A stretch of 51,675 nt of DNA from Rickettsiales bacterium (GCA_031287725.1 JAITSP010000052.1:1-51675), one strand, 5' to 3'. Shown: positions 1 to 9,526, counted from the stretch's first letter. Numbers and translations: made by a program. Notes: generated from the sequence alone by a model not told the origin.

Positions 1-63
1 CGACGGAGAAGGAGACGGAGACGGAGAAGGAGACGGAGAAGGAGACGGAGAAGGAGAAGGAGG
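1..63 (+). repeat. 12-nt purine-rich coding repeat (gacggagaagga; Thr-Glu-Lys-Glu)
   Basis: Direct reading: about five consecutive gacggagaagga-like units at the window edge, in frame with the CDS. Confidence 0.8.
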
Positions 64-968
64 ATGAAGAGGATGGAGAGTACGATGACATGAGTTCCCT
101 GAGCTCAAGCACTTCCTTCCGGAGTTCGAGTCTAGGGTCCTTGAGTTTGTCGTCATTATCTGACTCGGCGACGGAGGACGAGCGAGAGGACCTCTCCGAG
201 AAAAGGAAAGAACCAGGAAATTCGCCAGGGAGTTCAGGAACAAATGTCGTTTCCAGCGGCCACTCTGGGACGGATGGACGCCAGGGAACCTCTTACTCAC
301 CACTCCTGGACCCTTCTGGTCATACACCACAGAATGGTGGGCAGGAGACGGTGCCTGCCCCACCCATGGCGCCGCCGCCCCCGGTTGCAGGCAACAGCAA
401 CTACTATGGTAACACCGTGGTGCTTAATGTAGTGCCATCGCAACAGCAGTTTAATGTAGTGCCATCGCAACAGGTAGTGCCATCGCAACAGCAGTTTAAT
501 GTAGTGCCACTGCAACAGCAGTTTAATGTAGTGCCACTGCAACAGCAGCTGTTTGTGCTAGGTAGCCCACCATTCAACGCCGGACCTGGCTATACACAGG
601 TCTACAGCTTCGGGGGGCTGCCGGCTGGCCAAATGATTACGATAACGAACTACGGAGGAGGTGTCCAGGGCCAGGATGTGGCTTCGTACAATCCCGCCGG
701 TGGTATCTATGGCGGCCCTGGCGCTGTTGTGGAGTATGAGGAAGCCGAGGAACAGGTTCTAAACACAGGAGATCCTCGTGCGGGGGTGGCCAGGTTTGTG
801 GATCCACCACTCACTGGAGTCGAGCCGCCGATAACCTGCAGAGATTCGAGTGCGTCCCAGCTTCATCCGAGGGGTGGACCCAGTACTAATAGTGTTAATT
901 CTAGGCCACTAAATCCGGGAGCATCGATGTTTGTTCCTAGGGGGTTTTTTAGAAAAAGTGGTAAGTAG
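1..968 (+). CDS. C-terminal part of a low-complexity (Ser/Gln/Pro/Gly-rich) effector-like protein; 5' end lies outside the window
   Basis: Frame 3 is open from nt 3 (TEKETETEKE... encoded by 12-nt repeats) straight into the listed ORF 90..968 with no stop, so the listed Met is probably internal. Contains a 9-aa NVVPSQQQF repeat. C-terminus is RPLNPGASMFVPRGFFRKSGK. Confidence 0.6.
   Translation, partial: TEKETETEKETEKETEKEKEDEEDGEYDDMSSLSSSTSFRSSSLGSLSLSSLSDSATEDEREDLSEKRKEPGNSPGSSGTNVVSSGHSGTDGRQGTSYSPLLDPSGHTPQNGGQETVPAPPMAPPPPVAGNSNYYGNTVVLNVVPSQQQFNVVPSQQVVPSQQQFNVVPLQQQFNVVPLQQQLFVLGSPPFNAGPGYTQVYSFGGLPAGQMITITNYGGGVQGQDVASYNPAGGIYGGPGAVVEYEEAEEQVLNTGDPRAGVARFVDPPLTGVEPPITCRDSSASQLHPRGGPSTNSVNSRPLNPGASMFVPRGFFRKSGK
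426..548 (+). repeat. 27-nt in-frame tandem repeat (aatgtagtgccatcgcaacagcagttt = NVVPSQQQF), about 4.5 units, two truncated
   Basis: Units read at 426-452, 453-473 (short), 474-497 (short), 498-524 and 525-548. Ser to Leu (tcg to ctg) in the last two units. Confidence 0.85.
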
Positions 969-1017
969 AATGTGGAATAACCTGTGAAATTTTTTAAATT
1001 TAACATCATAGAGTGCT

Positions 1018-4000
1018 ATGCATATGAGATATCTAAATGGCAGAAGTTTTAGGAATTACTCTAGACTAGCTCTGGCTCTAGTCGTGTCTATGGCTATGGG
1101 CTTTTCCGGAGTCTCCAGGGCATCCGGCAACAGGAATAGGAACGGCTTCTATCCCGGTCTAGGGAATGGAGCACACAGCACCACTTTTAAAAAAGCGGCC
1201 ATTCGGCGACTTTTTGCCATCCTAAAGGTGGGGATAGGGAGAAGGAGTATGGTGATTCCTGACCTTATCATCGCCAGGCTAGCCAGCCGAATTGTAGAGT
1301 TCTACAGTAACACCATTCTAAAACTGACACGGCCTGAGAGCTATAGAATGGATGCGCTGTCTCTAGGGCCTATACTGAGCGTAATACTGGGGCAAATCAA
1401 CTATCTGGCTACGGATAATACCCCTTCCCAGGTTTCTCTATCTACGGCCACTTCCTCCTCCCATTCTTTGCCAGTGGCTTCTGGGAGCGGTATAGGTGCC
1501 GGCAGATACATCACCACCTCCACCGAGGAGAAAAACAACCTCTCTAGCGACACTGGCACATGCGGAGTAATTCGCATTGCCCTGGGAGTCATGAGGTACA
1601 TTCTTGAGCACGGTCAGTTCATATGGGCCAGGTCTATCTACTGGGAATGCCTGGAATTAGGCGTCATGTATAGCTTTTTTTCTAAGGTTGGTGGGATTTC
1701 CGATTTGTTTCCGCCTCTGGCCTGGGTACCCAGTGCACAGCTTATGGCTAACTATGGTAGCTCTGGGCTAGCCCTAGAGGGTTCCAAAACGGCTGGTGCC
1801 GTTGGTGCCGCTACTTTGCCTTTCGGGCTGCCCCCAGTGCCAGAGATCTCGCTACCGTTGAACAGTGCGTTGCTGAAGCTCGCTGCTGAACTAGGTAAAT
1901 TTTTAAACATTAGCGGCAAAAATGGATTGGAAAATACCAAGAAAGATGCTGAAGACCTAGTTAGGTTGACTAGAACCGTGCTTGTCATGGTGCACTATAT
2001 GCTGCTAGACATCGAAAAAGGCCCTAGCATTGGATCCTTTAACTTCTGGACCTTTCGGCAGCTTCGTCTCATGCTCATGTTTTCTCTAGCCAATATGCTT
2101 CAGAACAGCCTACCCGCTATGGAAAGGTTGGATTTTCTGTTCGAAAATTTAGCCCGTGCTGTCGAAATATTGCTATCCATTGGCGATATGCTGCCGAATC
2201 CGGGTAGCATTAGCAAGAGCCTATTGTCAGAGAACAACCCAAATCGGGAGCTATTTTTAGCTTTGAAAAACAACTCTAGCTTTGCTTCCAGCTATAGTCT
2301 AAGCTATAGTTTTATTCCACAACCCATTATCAGTCTTATTTTTAATTTTGGCTCGGTTCAGAGTCCCAGTTCTAACTTAATTTCTATCTCTAGTTCTATC
2401 TCCAGTTCTAGTTCCAGTTCTATCTCCAGTTCCAGTTCTAGTCCCAGTTCTATCTCCAGTTCTAGCTATAGCTCTAGCTCCAGTTCTAGTTCTAGCTCTA
2501 GTTCCAGTTCTAGTTCTAGCTCCAGTTCTAGCTCCAGCTCTAGTTCCAGTCTAGACAGTAGTTTCACTTTGAGTTCCGCCGATAGCTTTGTTCCCATTAC
2601 TAATATACTTTTAAACCACGATCCCGTCTCCGTTCCTGACTCAACGGCCAGCAAAAATATCCTTAATTTTCTCCATAGGAATACCATGGATATGTTCCTT
2701 CTGTACCTATCTTTTACCAGAGAGTACAGAAACACTATGCCTCGGCTTGTGACTAGGATATTTATGCAGCTAGTCTCCATTGTCGGCGGAGGAATCGAAT
2801 ACTACCGGGAGGATTTTGCTAGCGACATGATAAAAATAAAGAAATACACTAGAAATGTCAAAGAAAACCTCCTCGTGACACCTTCTCTGATGAATAGCTG
2901 GCCATCCACTTCTTCTTTGGATTGTATGTCTGGAGACAGCATTGGAGAAAGAATTCGACTGTTTATAGGTGCTATCGTTGCAAACATGGGGAGCTATGTA
3001 GATCCTCGGCCGGATTACAGCGAAAATATAGACGAACTAGCCTATCTAATGATGGTGCTGTTCTGTGGGATCGGTGAGGCGCTGGAGTTGCTTGGTGAGA
3101 ATGCTGGCGAACGTCGCCATGTCGGCCATGGAATTGTCGCCAACATGGGAATACTCATGTCCTCGAGGATAAATTTGAGCAATCTCAAAAATCTGCAGGA
3201 AATGGTTTCGTGGCTCTTTTTTACTGCCACTAGCATAACCAACAGTCTACCGAACCAGGGAATCCATCTGCGCACGTGTCTGCACCTGGCCGCTGTGGCC
3301 ATGGTCCTGTCTCTCGACGATTTTGTCCGCAGTAACTTTGGAACTAGGTGGGCCCACCTGGTTACAGGTGTGGATCCGGGTTTTTACCTTAGAACTAGGG
3401 GGGGCCACCCGGCTGGAGAGATAGATCCGAATTTTTTTAGTTCGAATTTTTTTAGGGCTCTAGGGCACATTAAAGATATTAGTCCATTGCAGCACGATCT
3501 GTGTACCCCTGTGGGGGAGCGATTGTATGGGTGGCTAGAGAGGGTGTTAGAAATTTCAAAACGATTGCTCCACAAAAATAGGGGAAATTTGAGTGGAAAA
3601 TCCTCTGGCCCAATAACGCCAGAGATTAGCGCACTCGAAGTTATGAGTAATGCGTTGGATGGTCTGATGAGTGAGATACAGATAGGAGAGAAGGTAAAAA
3701 AATCTGAGGAAAAGGATGGGTCTCCGGAGGGAACGAAGGAGGGGGAATTAAATTTTAAGGTCATTGGACCGCTGCTTCTCAATGCCATTAGCCGTGGAAA
3801 GCAGAATAGAAGCCAGCCGTCTTTGGCGGAGCAAACCGTGTTTATCCACTCAATGCTAGGGCTAGTCCACGCCTTCGGAGTAATATTGGCTAGGCTGGAG
3901 ATGGATCCAAGCTACCAGGAGGATGGGGGTATTCTGTCTAGCTCCTGGCTTAGAACTCTACTGAGTAATTTGGATTCCTCATCAGAGGTCGGTCCCATAT

Positions 4001-7000
4001 TGAGCGTGGTGGTTGGACATTTTGCCTATCTCTTTATCCGCCTGCTGAACGAAAGGGCGGCTCTGTCATTTGCCACCTGTAGGGATATGGCCTATGTTCT
4101 CGGGTTCTGTAGGAGGTATGATGGTGCTAACTATAGCGCTATACTGGACTCTCTGGGGAAGCATATCATTTTCATAGTTGACAGTATGGTAAAATCTAAT
4201 CTCACTTCGATTGTTTTAAAGTCACCCGTGCTTGATGATATTGTATGGTCTGGTGGGGATAGCCGGGGGGATGGTGACAAGATAGGGTCCTCCGAAGTTT
4301 CTCTGGACTCCTCCGGAGACAGAAATATTGATGTTCCGCTGTGCCGCAAGAAGCTCGCAAAACTAATTGCCTTCACTATCTCTCTAACTAAGCACGCTCT
4401 GGCCGGAGGGCTCATAGGACCTGACACTGCCGACTATTGGTCGCTATTAACCCTGGAAAGCTTCGTAGGCTCCCTCAATCCAAGTATCCATGGAATTACT
4501 GAAGAGCAGATGGGGGAAGTTACACAGCTAGATCCCCTGCTGGAAAGCTTCTACCATAGGGAAGAAAGTGCCATGGCTAATCTAAATGTGATGCTTACCA
4601 TGGATCTAGGTAGATTTGCTGTTCTATGGGAATCCTGCGAGAGGCTATTCAGATTATACAGTCTATATCGCCGTCTAGAGCTGGAGCCAAATAAGCCCGA
4701 GCCAGAATGGCTGGCCGGGGCTAGCCAGCTGGCACGCCTGGCTCTGGAGAAAAATGAGCTAGGACTGCTGACGATGAAGGATGGACCAAACACCCCTGGA
4801 ACGCTAGTTTTCCTCCAGTTTAGCGAAGATAATATAGCCCGCCACATTGTGGCGCTGATCAAAGGCCAGAGTTCCAGGTTTGGATCCTCCTCATCCTTTG
4901 AGGCTATGGTGGTCGCTAGACCGATTGCCCTTTCGATCCTATCTGTGATAGCTGGCTGTAAGGCGGCTGGCAGTCGTAACTTTTCCTGGGTTTGTAGAAT
5001 TCTGTCTCTGACCACTCCAAATTCGAACAATTTTGACTGGCTGAGAAATATCATATCTAGCTTTAGATTCCTTCTGCTGGAACTAAGGTATAGTGATTCT
5101 TGGAGTGAATTAGGTGAAAGCCACACCAATGGCTCTTCCAGAGCATTAGTCAGAAACCTGGAGCTACAGCTACTAGAGGGGCCATTGGATATGAGATTCT
5201 GGCCACGCAGATTTTTCTCCGCCATGGATGGGGGCAAGGAAATAATACGTGGTAGCATCCTGCGCAAAATAATTAAAAAGATTGTCGATGAGACCGCAAA
5301 TGTTACTTACATGATCGGATGGGTAATCTATGAGCATTCTCTGGAGGATCTGGTGAACTCTATCCTAGACGGATATAGCTATATCAGATCTCTGATTAGG
5401 ATGGTGAGGTTCGATAGTGTTAGCGACGAAAGGAACGTAGACGGGGAAGAAATTTGGGATGTTTTAGGTAATTTTGAGCCAGAGTCAGACCTGGAGAATC
5501 ATATCATTGATAAGTTTTTAACCGCTGCTATCTTTCTGGTGGATAAAATTAGCGGCGGTAAAGTTATCGGAACTAACGGCATAGTCGATACACTTATGCT
5601 GCACATGGTGGAGATACTGAATTCGTATATTTACATCAAATTTTCCCACTCCCTTGAGGGGACTCAGCTTCTTGGATGGATAGACCTCCTAGAGGGAAAA
5701 ATCAAAGGCAAATTAGCGTTTTCGGATTTTGCCAAGGCCAGGGTACACAGTGTGAGAAAATACTACGGGCTGTTGTCAGAATATGTTAGTGAGACTAGTA
5801 GGAGTTCACTGCCAGATGAAGGATCAGAGGTGGCTAGAGGCGACAGAGAACTGAATTCTAGCTATGATCGGAGCTCTCCATTTCTCCCCTCCCTTTCTCT
5901 GGTCGATGACTATGGCGGTTATATCGACCCTAGCAAGAAACATCCTATTTTGTATTCCATGCAGCTGGGTTTGGGGGTTGCCGATAGCATCAGATCTCGT
6001 ATACTTGATCTAGCGCTAAGCTATCTGCTAGCTACAGCTGATACGAATGCAGTCATGCTAGGAGGCGTTAGCAACTCCTGCCATGAATTGGTCCAAAAAA
6101 TCGCGGGCAGTATCACTACCCTATTTTTTGAACTAGAGAAATCTCTCTGGACCCTGACAGAGACAGCGGCTTCCGGAAGTGATAGAAAGTTCTACTCCAA
6201 GGAGGAAAAGATCAGACAATTCAAGCGCTATGTGCGTGTGCTGCTGTTGCGCTCTGATTTTGCCCTAGAGGAATTGGAGGATGTGGTCTACTGGCTATTT
6301 GAATTTACAGCCAATCTAGCTAGTGTGTCCGAGGCATTTAAATTAAACGCCAAGAATGCCATGCAGCTAAAAATTGCCATGGATCTGTACAAAAGATTTT
6401 TTATTGACAGTTGTCATGAGTGTATTCCCTTTTGGCTAAACCTAGTGGTTGGAGATAGATCAATTACAACCCAAGTCTCTGAGAAGCTTTGGGGTAGTAG
6501 GGGTCCTAATGATCTGAGTCTACTTGATTTCTTTAGCACAAATGAAATGTACGGCCACATTGTTGATATATTCTATTATTTTTTAGACTTTCCGGTTATC
6601 ACAAATAGGCATAGGGACCGTCTATGTATCGAGTGTGGGGGATCCATTGGACGACCATCTATCGTAAACATCCTTCCCAAGGAACATGATGCCACCGTCA
6701 GATATCTTGCGACACATATGGTGCGTTTGATTAATCTGCTAAAGTCGGTGGAGAATGATGCTATCTACTCCATGCTCTACAAAAGGGTTCTGAAAATCAT
6801 ACACGGATTTGGTTGTCATTTCTCTCGTCTGGCTAACTCTGTTCGTACTCTATTGCTGTTCAGGGTTCCACCTGAGTATGTCACTGGGTCAACCTGGATC
6901 TCCATAGAACGCGAAAAAAAGAAAGTTTCCGAATCATTTTTGAAGCTTGTTTCGGCATTTGTGGGTATTTTTTCATCTCGGTGGCTGTTGTTTAGGAATG

Positions 7001-9492
7001 ATCCGGTCTCCACGGGGTTGGTTAGCGAGAGTCACATTGGCCAAATCCTAAGGGAAGAGGGTATACTTTTTTTTGCATCCCCTGGTTCTTCTGATTTGAA
7101 AGAGAATACGCAGGAAATACTATTGGACGAGGACAGGAAAAAAGAGAAGAGGAGAGAAAAAAAAGAGGAGAAAAAGAAAAAGACTAGAGAGGAGGAGGAA
7201 GAGGAAAGAAAAATAAAAGAGGAGGAGAGACTGAGGAAGAAGGAAGAGGTTGAGAGAATAAAGGAAGCAGATAGGAAGACTAGGGAGGAAAGGCAGAAAG
7301 AGCTATTGAAATCACAAATGGAGAATAGAATTAGAAAGGAGGAGCTAGAGAAAAAGGAGAGAGAGGACAGGGAGGAGGCAGAGGAAGACTATAGGAGGGA
7401 GAAAGAGGAGGAACAAAAGAAGATACAAAATAATGGAGAGAGAAAGAGGATGCTAAGGAGGGAGAAGGTAAAAGAGAAGAAGAAGAGGAAAAATGAAGAA
7501 AAAATGGCTTGGAGGAAAGAGAAAAAAGAGGAAGAGAAAATAAAAGAGAAGGAGGAGGAAGAAAGAAAAAAGAAAGAGGAGAAGATTAGAAAGGAGAATG
7601 AAGAGAAGATTAGAAAGGAGAATGAAGAGAGGATTAGAAAGGAGAATGAAGAGGAGGAAATAAAGGAAAAGAAGAAGGAAAAGAAGAAGGAAAAGAAGAA
7701 GGAGAAGAAGAAGGAGAAAGAAGAGGAGGATAAAAAGAAGAAAGAGGAGGAGATTAGAAAGGAGAAGGAGAAGGGTGCTAAAGAGCCTGGTGACGGTGAT
7801 GTGGATATAGGCGACGTAGAGTTTGGTCATTTACCTGGTGGCCATAGGGATGGGGAAGAAAAGCCGAATGGCGGAAGCAAAAATGATGGAGAGGAGAATG
7901 GAGCTGGCGCTGAGGAGTCAGAGGGGACTTCTGTGACACCGGAGCTGGGCTGCCAACCTACTGCCACCCAGGGCAATGGGTCGAAGCCGCTGCCCACGGA
8001 AGCCTCCGGAAGTTCTGGGATGTATTCCATAAAAATTGATTTGACTGATATTTTGGATAATATTTTGCCATCCTTATCTTCCCCAAGACCATCCCTTTCA
8101 TGGGCAGAGGATATAAACCTTGCGGATCCCCTAGATCCGTCTTTACAGCTCTTTGGGCGAGAGTTCGATTTCTCTCAAGTCGGTCATTCTCCATCTTCGC
8201 CATCTTCATCTCTCCCAAGACCATCCCTTTCATGGGCAGAGGATATAAACCTTGCGGATCCCCTAGATCCGTCTTTACAGCTCTTTGGGCGAGAGTTCGA
8301 CAGTCATTTTCTATCTCCGGATTACCTCCGAAATGACGGAAGAAGTCTTCTGGACCGCAGTCTGAGCCCGCTCCCAGTTGACCTGGACTGGATTGAATCT
8401 CCGGATAGCTCCAATCTACTGCATCCTCCATTTCCGGACTACTCCTCGGATAGTAGAAGAGATTACGATTTGAGTTCGCCTTTCCCACCATATATAGACA
8501 ATTTTCTCCGTGAGAATTTGTATTCCATTCCAAAAAACAGGGGGGTATCTCCAGGGTCGAGTCGACCGCCCGCCGTTGGCTCTACTGGAGTAGAGTCTGG
8601 CCAGGGGAATAGATCTAGTGTTTCCAGTCATAGCAGCACAAATATATCCTCAAAATCCTCTAGCCAGGATGACTCGCCGTCCAAACAATTGACAACTGGG
8701 TCTCTATCCTCTCCCTCTGGCGGTAGCCGAGGAGTCGGGACCATAGTGGAGGTGCCAGGTGCTCTGCCGTCCCAGGCCTCCTCTGGGTCTCAGTCTAGCC
8801 ATACCTCTGGGCTAGTCCAATCCAACCCAGCTATCGGCTATGGTGACCCAACTGTCTGCAGCGGCGGCCCAAGGCCCTCTGAATGGGCGGCAGCTCCTCT
8901 ATTTAGACCCAGAGGGTTTGTGCCTGGTTTGCCATTCGCCATCCAGGGTCAATGGGGATTTGGTGGTGTTCCCTATGGGCTGGATGGAGTAGGCCAGACA
9001 GGTTTTAATCAGGATCTCTATGGGTTTCAGAACAGGCCCAATGCAATAATGGGCCAGGAGGGGCCGAGATACCCGGAGCAACGGGCATTGGTGCACCAAT
9101 TATATGGTCTAAATGTCGTAGAACCCCTGCTAGCGGTTGAGCCAAATAATAATCATATTCAGCAGGTAAATAACAATCCTATTCGGGGTCGAGGCAGAGG
9201 AGGCAACCGGGGTGGTCATGGCCACAACGGGCAAATTATGGAATTCCAACCCCGGGGCGGCGGCCTGGCTAGGGGACGCGGCTATATCGCCCATAGCCCT
9301 GGCACCGGGAGGATGGAACAGACCGGAACGGTGCCAATACCACCTCTATTTTGGGTAAATGATGTTCTCAATGGCTTCCAGAATGGGAATGGGCATCAGC
9401 CCACTAATGGTAATTTTCCCAACCAAAACACGGATCCATGGTCTGGAATGTTTAGTAATTTCCGCTTTGGTTTCGGTTCTGACAGAAAATAA
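1018..9492 (+). CDS. Giant (2824 aa) low-complexity secreted/effector-like protein
   Basis: Single uninterrupted 8475-nt ORF. Features: N-terminal hydrophobic segment LALALVVSMAMGFSGVSRASG, ~60-residue poly-Ser tract, ~230-residue Glu/Lys/Arg block, a 44-aa tandem duplication, and a Gly/Gln/Asn/Pro-rich C-terminus with RG/RGG clusters. No enzymatic motif recognised by eye. Confidence 0.8.
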   Translation: MHMRYLNGRSFRNYSRLALALVVSMAMGFSGVSRASGNRNRNGFYPGLGNGAHSTTFKKAAIRRLFAILKVGIGRRSMVIPDLIIARLASRIVEFYSNTILKLTRPESYRMDALSLGPILSVILGQINYLATDNTPSQVSLSTATSSSHSLPVASGSGIGAGRYITTSTEEKNNLSSDTGTCGVIRIALGVMRYILEHGQFIWARSIYWECLELGVMYSFFSKVGGISDLFPPLAWVPSAQLMANYGSSGLALEGSKTAGAVGAATLPFGLPPVPEISLPLNSALLKLAAELGKFLNISGKNGLENTKKDAEDLVRLTRTVLVMVHYMLLDIEKGPSIGSFNFWTFRQLRLMLMFSLANMLQNSLPAMERLDFLFENLARAVEILLSIGDMLPNPGSISKSLLSENNPNRELFLALKNNSSFASSYSLSYSFIPQPIISLIFNFGSVQSPSSNLISISSSISSSSSSSISSSSSSPSSISSSSYSSSSSSSSSSSSSSSSSSSSSSSSSSSLDSSFTLSSADSFVPITNILLNHDPVSVPDSTASKNILNFLHRNTMDMFLLYLSFTREYRNTMPRLVTRIFMQLVSIVGGGIEYYREDFASDMIKIKKYTRNVKENLLVTPSLMNSWPSTSSLDCMSGDSIGERIRLFIGAIVANMGSYVDPRPDYSENIDELAYLMMVLFCGIGEALELLGENAGERRHVGHGIVANMGILMSSRINLSNLKNLQEMVSWLFFTATSITNSLPNQGIHLRTCLHLAAVAMVLSLDDFVRSNFGTRWAHLVTGVDPGFYLRTRGGHPAGEIDPNFFSSNFFRALGHIKDISPLQHDLCTPVGERLYGWLERVLEISKRLLHKNRGNLSGKSSGPITPEISALEVMSNALDGLMSEIQIGEKVKKSEEKDGSPEGTKEGELNFKVIGPLLLNAISRGKQNRSQPSLAEQTVFIHSMLGLVHAFGVILARLEMDPSYQEDGGILSSSWLRTLLSNLDSSSEVGPILSVVVGHFAYLFIRLLNERAALSFATCRDMAYVLGFCRRYDGANYSAILDSLGKHIIFIVDSMVKSNLTSIVLKSPVLDDIVWSGGDSRGDGDKIGSSEVSLDSSGDRNIDVPLCRKKLAKLIAFTISLTKHALAGGLIGPDTADYWSLLTLESFVGSLNPSIHGITEEQMGEVTQLDPLLESFYHREESAMANLNVMLTMDLGRFAVLWESCERLFRLYSLYRRLELEPNKPEPEWLAGASQLARLALEKNELGLLTMKDGPNTPGTLVFLQFSEDNIARHIVALIKGQSSRFGSSSSFEAMVVARPIALSILSVIAGCKAAGSRNFSWVCRILSLTTPNSNNFDWLRNIISSFRFLLLELRYSDSWSELGESHTNGSSRALVRNLELQLLEGPLDMRFWPRRFFSAMDGGKEIIRGSILRKIIKKIVDETANVTYMIGWVIYEHSLEDLVNSILDGYSYIRSLIRMVRFDSVSDERNVDGEEIWDVLGNFEPESDLENHIIDKFLTAAIFLVDKISGGKVIGTNGIVDTLMLHMVEILNSYIYIKFSHSLEGTQLLGWIDLLEGKIKGKLAFSDFAKARVHSVRKYYGLLSEYVSETSRSSLPDEGSEVARGDRELNSSYDRSSPFLPSLSLVDDYGGYIDPSKKHPILYSMQLGLGVADSIRSRILDLALSYLLATADTNAVMLGGVSNSCHELVQKIAGSITTLFFELEKSLWTLTETAASGSDRKFYSKEEKIRQFKRYVRVLLLRSDFALEELEDVVYWLFEFTANLASVSEAFKLNAKNAMQLKIAMDLYKRFFIDSCHECIPFWLNLVVGDRSITTQVSEKLWGSRGPNDLSLLDFFSTNEMYGHIVDIFYYFLDFPVITNRHRDRLCIECGGSIGRPSIVNILPKEHDATVRYLATHMVRLINLLKSVENDAIYSMLYKRVLKIIHGFGCHFSRLANSVRTLLLFRVPPEYVTGSTWISIEREKKKVSESFLKLVSAFVGIFSSRWLLFRNDPVSTGLVSESHIGQILREEGILFFASPGSSDLKENTQEILLDEDRKKEKRREKKEEKKKKTREEEEEERKIKEEERLRKKEEVERIKEADRKTREERQKELLKSQMENRIRKEELEKKEREDREEAEEDYRREKEEEQKKIQNNGERKRMLRREKVKEKKKRKNEEKMAWRKEKKEEEKIKEKEEEERKKKEEKIRKENEEKIRKENEERIRKENEEEEIKEKKKEKKKEKKKEKKKEKEEEDKKKKEEEIRKEKEKGAKEPGDGDVDIGDVEFGHLPGGHRDGEEKPNGGSKNDGEENGAGAEESEGTSVTPELGCQPTATQGNGSKPLPTEASGSSGMYSIKIDLTDILDNILPSLSSPRPSLSWAEDINLADPLDPSLQLFGREFDFSQVGHSPSSPSSSLPRPSLSWAEDINLADPLDPSLQLFGREFDSHFLSPDYLRNDGRSLLDRSLSPLPVDLDWIESPDSSNLLHPPFPDYSSDSRRDYDLSSPFPPYIDNFLRENLYSIPKNRGVSPGSSRPPAVGSTGVESGQGNRSSVSSHSSTNISSKSSSQDDSPSKQLTTGSLSSPSGGSRGVGTIVEVPGALPSQASSGSQSSHTSGLVQSNPAIGYGDPTVCSGGPRPSEWAAAPLFRPRGFVPGLPFAIQGQWGFGGVPYGLDGVGQTGFNQDLYGFQNRPNAIMGQEGPRYPEQRALVHQLYGLNVVEPLLAVEPNNNHIQQVNNNPIRGRGRGGNRGGHGHNGQIMEFQPRGGGLARGRGYIAHSPGTGRMEQTGTVPIPPLFWVNDVLNGFQNGNGHQPTNGNFPNQNTDPWSGMFSNFRFGFGSDRK
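2385..2555 (+). repeat. Poly-serine coding tract (mixed agt/agc/tct/tcc hexamer repeats)
   Basis: Translation SSISSSSSSSISSSSSSPSSISSSSYSSSSSSSSSSSSSSSSSSSSSSSSSSS. The opposite strand reads (EL)n. Confidence 0.9.
7130..7790 (+). repeat. Purine-rich Glu/Lys/Arg low-complexity block with internal short repeats (EKIRKENE x3, KEKK x5)
   Basis: Almost pure a/g sequence. Repeated gagaagattagaaaggagaatgaa units at about 7575-7650 and aaggaaaagaag units at about 7665-7725. Confidence 0.85.
8082..8300 (+). repeat. Two perfect 87-nt copies (8082-8168, 8214-8300) with 132-nt period, encoding PRPSLSWAEDINLADPLDPSLQLFGREFD
   Basis: Identical strings cccaagaccatccctttcatgggcagaggatataaaccttgcggatcccctagatccgtctttacagctctttgggcgagagttcga read at both positions. 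Confidence 0.9.
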
Positions 9493-9526
9493 TGTATAGT
9501 AAAATTTGATTATAATATAGAAAATT

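Noticed and set aside
2385-2555. Poly-Ser microsatellite as an on/off phase-variation switch
   Set aside because: The repeat units are hexamers or trimers, so slippage changes length but preserves the frame. It would act as a length-variation element, not a frame-shifting switch.
7453-7830. 125-aa Leu/Phe-rich minus-strand ORF
   Set aside because: It is the antisense mirror of the purine-rich Glu/Lys block of the giant gene. Its pyrimidine-rich low-complexity translation is an artefact of composition.
8098-8115. Possible LC3-interacting (LIR, W-x-x-L/I) motif in SWAEDI
   Set aside because: The spacing is W-x-x-x-I, not W-x-x-[LIV], so it does not fit the core LIR pattern.
8100-8336. 78-aa alternative-frame ORF with an internal repeat (MGRGYKPCGSPRSVFTALWARV x2)
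   Set aside because: Its repeat simply reflects the 87-nt duplication read in another frame inside the giant CDS.
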